Source of the DNA: a virus
Taxonomy: Duplodnaviria > Heunggongvirae > Uroviricota > Caudoviricetes
Direction: 5' to 3' (one strand)
IMG/VR virus record: IMGVR_UViG_2667527965_000003
Coordinates: 1-48,868 of that record
Length of the DNA: 48,868 nt
Shown here: piece after piece, positions 46,658 to 48,868 of the stretch
Position numbering within the stretch: position 1 is the first letter of the stretch
Layout: every line of letters begins with the position of its first letter
Program-made: the position numbers and the translations under genes
The notes under the pieces: model-generated
The model's input: the letters and a program-made list of their open reading frames with translations, nothing else
Told to the model about the DNA's origin: nothing
Database searches by the model: none

Positions 46658-46957
46658 ATGATAATGAGAGACTTATCTCCGCTAATACATGCGGTTGTTG
46701 CCATTACGGTGCAATTAGCTTTCGGCTGGCTTTCAGGAATGTGGGCTGCTGGCGGCGCGATAAGCTGCATCTGGTTTATCGCTCGTGAGCACACCCAAGC
46801 CGAGTATCGCTGGATCGCGCAGTTCGGCGCAGGGAAGCGCGCCAATATGCCATGGTGGGGCGGTTTCGACTGGCGAGCATGGAATCCGCCCAGCCTCCTA
46901 GACTGGCTTGTTCCGGTACTGGCATGCGCTGTCGTTTATTTCGTATCCACCCTTTAA
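46658..46957 (+). CDS. Small inner-membrane protein of unknown function
   Basis: 99 aa with hydrophobic helices (LIHAVVAITVQLAFGWL; LLDWLVPVLACAVVYFV) and Trp-rich middle; located after tail fibre. Confidence 0.4.
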   Translation: MIMRDLSPLIHAVVAITVQLAFGWLSGMWAAGGAISCIWFIAREHTQAEYRWIAQFGAGKRANMPWWGGFDWRAWNPPSLLDWLVPVLACAVVYFVSTL

Positions 46958-47013
46958 CTACTGTCGGCAGCATTGATAGGCGCCGCCGCATTGATCTGCA
47001 CCTCCTTTAAAAA

Positions 47014-47033
47014 TACTGTATATATAAACAGTA
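47014..47033. promoter_or_regulatory. LexA (SOS) box overlapping a promoter
   Basis: TACTGTATATATAAACAGTA, one mismatch from consensus; TTGATC -35-like hexamer 17 bp upstream; ATG of next gene 19 bp downstream. Confidence 0.7.
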
Positions 47034-47051
47034 AAATAATAAGGAGGGGTT

Positions 47052-47291
47052 ATGCCACGCAGAATCGATATTGAGGGTGCTTTTCACACAGCCATTAAAC
47101 ACGAGTCCAACGGGCGCCGTACGGTGACTACTGAGGACTTCGTGAAGCACCTGGCCCGCGCTAACTGGAACTGGTCGCTTAAAGAGGCGAACGACTGGAT
47201 CGAGAGCCACGTTTCTACCTTTAAGGATGTTTCGACCTGTGAGGGCCAGGCGCGCACCTTCATGCTCTACAACCCGAACGGAGGCCTGTGA
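47052..47291 (+). CDS. DinI-like small protein, SOS-regulated (tentative)
   Basis: 79 aa; AAGGAGGGG RBS; directly downstream of LexA box; N-terminus MPRRIDIEG and ANDWIESH segment loosely resemble DinI (MRIEVTI... / ADDWFVSE). Confidence 0.4.
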   Translation: MPRRIDIEGAFHTAIKHESNGRRTVTTEDFVKHLARANWNWSLKEANDWIESHVSTFKDVSTCEGQARTFMLYNPNGGL

Positions 47292-47292
47292 C

Positions 47293-47610
47293 ATGGGCTT
47301 TCCATCTCCAGCTGCTGATTACGTTTCTCAGCGAATGACCCCGGAGCTCATTTGCGGCGTCAGTATTGATACCCGCATTCTTGAAACATCATCCGGTTTC
47401 GCATTAATCGAACCGGTTACCCGGTTAGTGCAAGGTCAGGTTCTGCTGATTTTGTCCGGCGGCAGGACGCAGTTTGTGAAACTCAGGGGCAGGGCATTAA
47501 TCACTGATGATGGTGAAGCGATCGAGGGGGAGGCGGCGGAGGAAGTTGAGGTTCTGGGGCGAGTGACGTTCTTCATCAACAGTGCGCTGCAGGATGACAG
47601 AATTGTGTGA
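47293..47610 (+). CDS. UmuD'-like (S24-fold) protein starting at the UmuD cleavage-product N-terminus
   Basis: 105 aa; begins MGFPSPAADYVSQR, matching the UmuD' N-terminus GFPSPAADYVEQR; C-terminal region (GQVLLILSGGRTQFVKLRGRALI) aligns loosely with UmuD; no umuC-like gene adjacent. Confidence 0.5.
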   Translation: MGFPSPAADYVSQRMTPELICGVSIDTRILETSSGFALIEPVTRLVQGQVLLILSGGRTQFVKLRGRALITDDGEAIEGEAAEEVEVLGRVTFFINSALQDDRIV

Positions 47611-47629
47611 ATTTGTGGATCGAGGTGCC

Positions 47630-47659
47630 CACGAATTTCACTCGTCGCCCACTCGAATA
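47630..47659 (+). promoter_or_regulatory. Putative integrase arm-type sites near attR
   Basis: CACGAATT and CTCGAATA direct repeats resembling the repeats at 639-667. Confidence 0.25.
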
Positions 47660-47768
47660 ATAAAGTAACGGTTTGATCTTGAAAGAACGCAATGGTAAGT
47701 GTTGTAACGCTTATTTTGGGGTGTTTTCGATGGTAACTGCTTGATAGATAACGAAGAACAGAGCTTGA

Positions 47769-47802
47769 GCCGTAAACAGGAATCGTGTTCGGTCTCTTTT
47801 TA
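47769..47802. repeat. attR: right copy of 34-bp imperfect direct repeat
   Basis: CCGTAAACAGGAATCGTGTTCGGTCTCTTTTTAT; 31/34 identical to 572-605. Confidence 0.65.
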
Positions 47803-47932
47803 TCTGTTAAAAGCCAGAAGCATTTCCTTCGCTGACTTTATAGTCAACCATAACACACACTCTACTGTCTGAGTCCAGCATTTTTTAACATTCTTGTTAA
47901 GATTATGTGATCTTTAGCGCGGGAGGAAAATA

Positions 47933-48592
47933 TTGATGAAACAGCCTGCGCCCGTTTATCAGAGAATTGCGGGTCATCAATGGCGACATATCTGGCTTTC
48001 TGGCGATATACACGGTTGTCTTGAGCAGTTGCGCCGCAAATTATGGCATTGTCGTTTTGATCCGTGGCGAGATTTACTTATCTCAGTGGGAGACGTTATC
48101 GATCGTGGGCCGCAAAGTTTACGTTGTCTGCAGTTACTGGAACAACATTGGGTTCGTGCGGTAAGAGGCAATCATGAACAGATGGCGATGGATGCGCTGG
48201 CATCCCAGCAGATGTCTTTATGGTTGATGAATGGCGGCGACTGTTTTATTGCGCTGGCAGATAATCAACAGAAACAAGCGAAAACGGCGCTGGGGAAATG
48301 TCAGCATTTGCCCTTTATTCTTGAAGTACACAGTCGCACCGGCAAGCATGTTATTGCTCATGCCGATTATCCAGATGATGTTTATGAATGGCAAAAGGAC
48401 GTCGATTTGCATCAGGTCTTGTGGAGCCGCTCGCGATTAAGTGAACGCCAAAAAGTGCAGGGAATTACAGGTGCTGATCATTTCTGGTTTGGTCATACAC
48501 CGTTGCGACATCGCGTGGATATTGGCAACCTGCATTATATTGATACCGGTGCTGTCTTTGGGGGCGAACTGACTCTTGTGCAATTGCAATAA
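47933..48592 (+). CDS. pphA: Serine/threonine protein phosphatase 1 (host gene)
   Basis: 219 aa with metallophosphatase motifs (GDIHGC, GDVIDRG, GNHE); recognised as E. coli-type PphA. Confidence 0.8.
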   Translation: MMKQPAPVYQRIAGHQWRHIWLSGDIHGCLEQLRRKLWHCRFDPWRDLLISVGDVIDRGPQSLRCLQLLEQHWVRAVRGNHEQMAMDALASQQMSLWLMNGGDCFIALADNQQKQAKTALGKCQHLPFILEVHSRTGKHVIAHADYPDDVYEWQKDVDLHQVLWSRSRLSERQKVQGITGADHFWFGHTPLRHRVDIGNLHYIDTGAVFGGELTLVQLQ

Positions 48593-48784
48593 TTAAAAAT
48601 CACCGTACTCCTGTGCAGGTCGCCAGAAACCATCTATAAAATCCTCAATCGGAAAACAACCGCCATGGCGGATCCGTTGATCGCTCATAGAATGAAGACA
48701 CTGCTGTTCCGTGTTGTAGACATCCACAACAATATCTTCACAACCGCCATCCAGGTAGCAAACAAAAAGTACCAGCGCGAACAT
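48593..48784 (-). CDS. yebW: YebW-like small protein (host gene)
   Basis: 63 aa from internal Met (MFALVLFVCYLDGG...) of the 91-aa track ORF; convergent with pphA; identity from memory of gene order and length. Confidence 0.4.
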   Translation of the reverse strand: MFALVLFVCYLDGGCEDIVVDVYNTEQQCLHSMSDQRIRHGGCFPIEDFIDGFWRPAQEYGDF

Positions 48785-48868
48785 TTCATCCCCGAAGTGT
48801 GGTGCCGTACCGTTAAGTTTAGGAGAGATTTTACAACGGGGGAATAACCAGGACAAATAACCCGCCAT

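Larger units (their letters stand above)
572..47802. mobile_element. Integrated lambdoid/Rac-like prophage (about 47.2 kb)
   Basis: Flanking direct repeats, integrase/excisionase at left end, full complement of phage replication, lysis, packaging, head and tail genes, host genes yebY and pphA on either side. Confidence 0.85.

Noticed and set aside
48665-48847. 60-aa plus-strand ORF downstream of pphA
   Set aside because: Overlaps the minus-strand yebW-like ORF, whose 63-aa product from an internal Met matches the expected size and gene order; the plus-strand ORF is probably spurious, though I cannot fully exclude it.

Overview
The window is dominated by one integrated lambdoid, Rac-like siphovirus-type prophage of about 47.2 kb (roughly 572-47802). 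It sits between host yebY (1-342) and pphA (47933-48592) and appears to have inserted at the 3' end of the SdsR/RyeB small-RNA gene (501-603), bounded by a 34-bp imperfect direct repeat (572-605 and 47769-47802). Gene order is int-xis, recT-recE, a divergent immunity region (short CI/RacR-like repressor, YdaS/Cro-like, YdaT-like), O/P-like replication genes with ori iterons inside the O-like gene, two tandem orphan DNA methyltransferases, a nin region (DUF1367, NinG, Q-like), lysis cassette, terminase, portal, head, tail, tape measure, J-like tip protein and tail fibre. Most interesting observations: (1) the repressor lacks a self-cleavage domain, and two near-consensus LexA boxes (18164-18183 and 47014-47033) front small-gene operons, one encoding a DinI-like protein plus a protein that starts exactly at the UmuD' cleavage-product N-terminus; these are candidate SOS-controlled antirepressor modules. 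(2) Several low-GC morons of unknown function: a HEPN-motif (Rx4H) protein between Q and the lysis genes, an HNH-domain protein with an acidic partner after the methyltransferases, a single-pass membrane protein in the head module, and a three-gene cluster (HExxH-motif protein plus secreted Cys-rich protein) between tail chaperone and tape measure. All functional calls rest on reading motifs and recalled family resemblance; no database search was run, and coordinates of internal starts were set by codon arithmetic from the ORF track.
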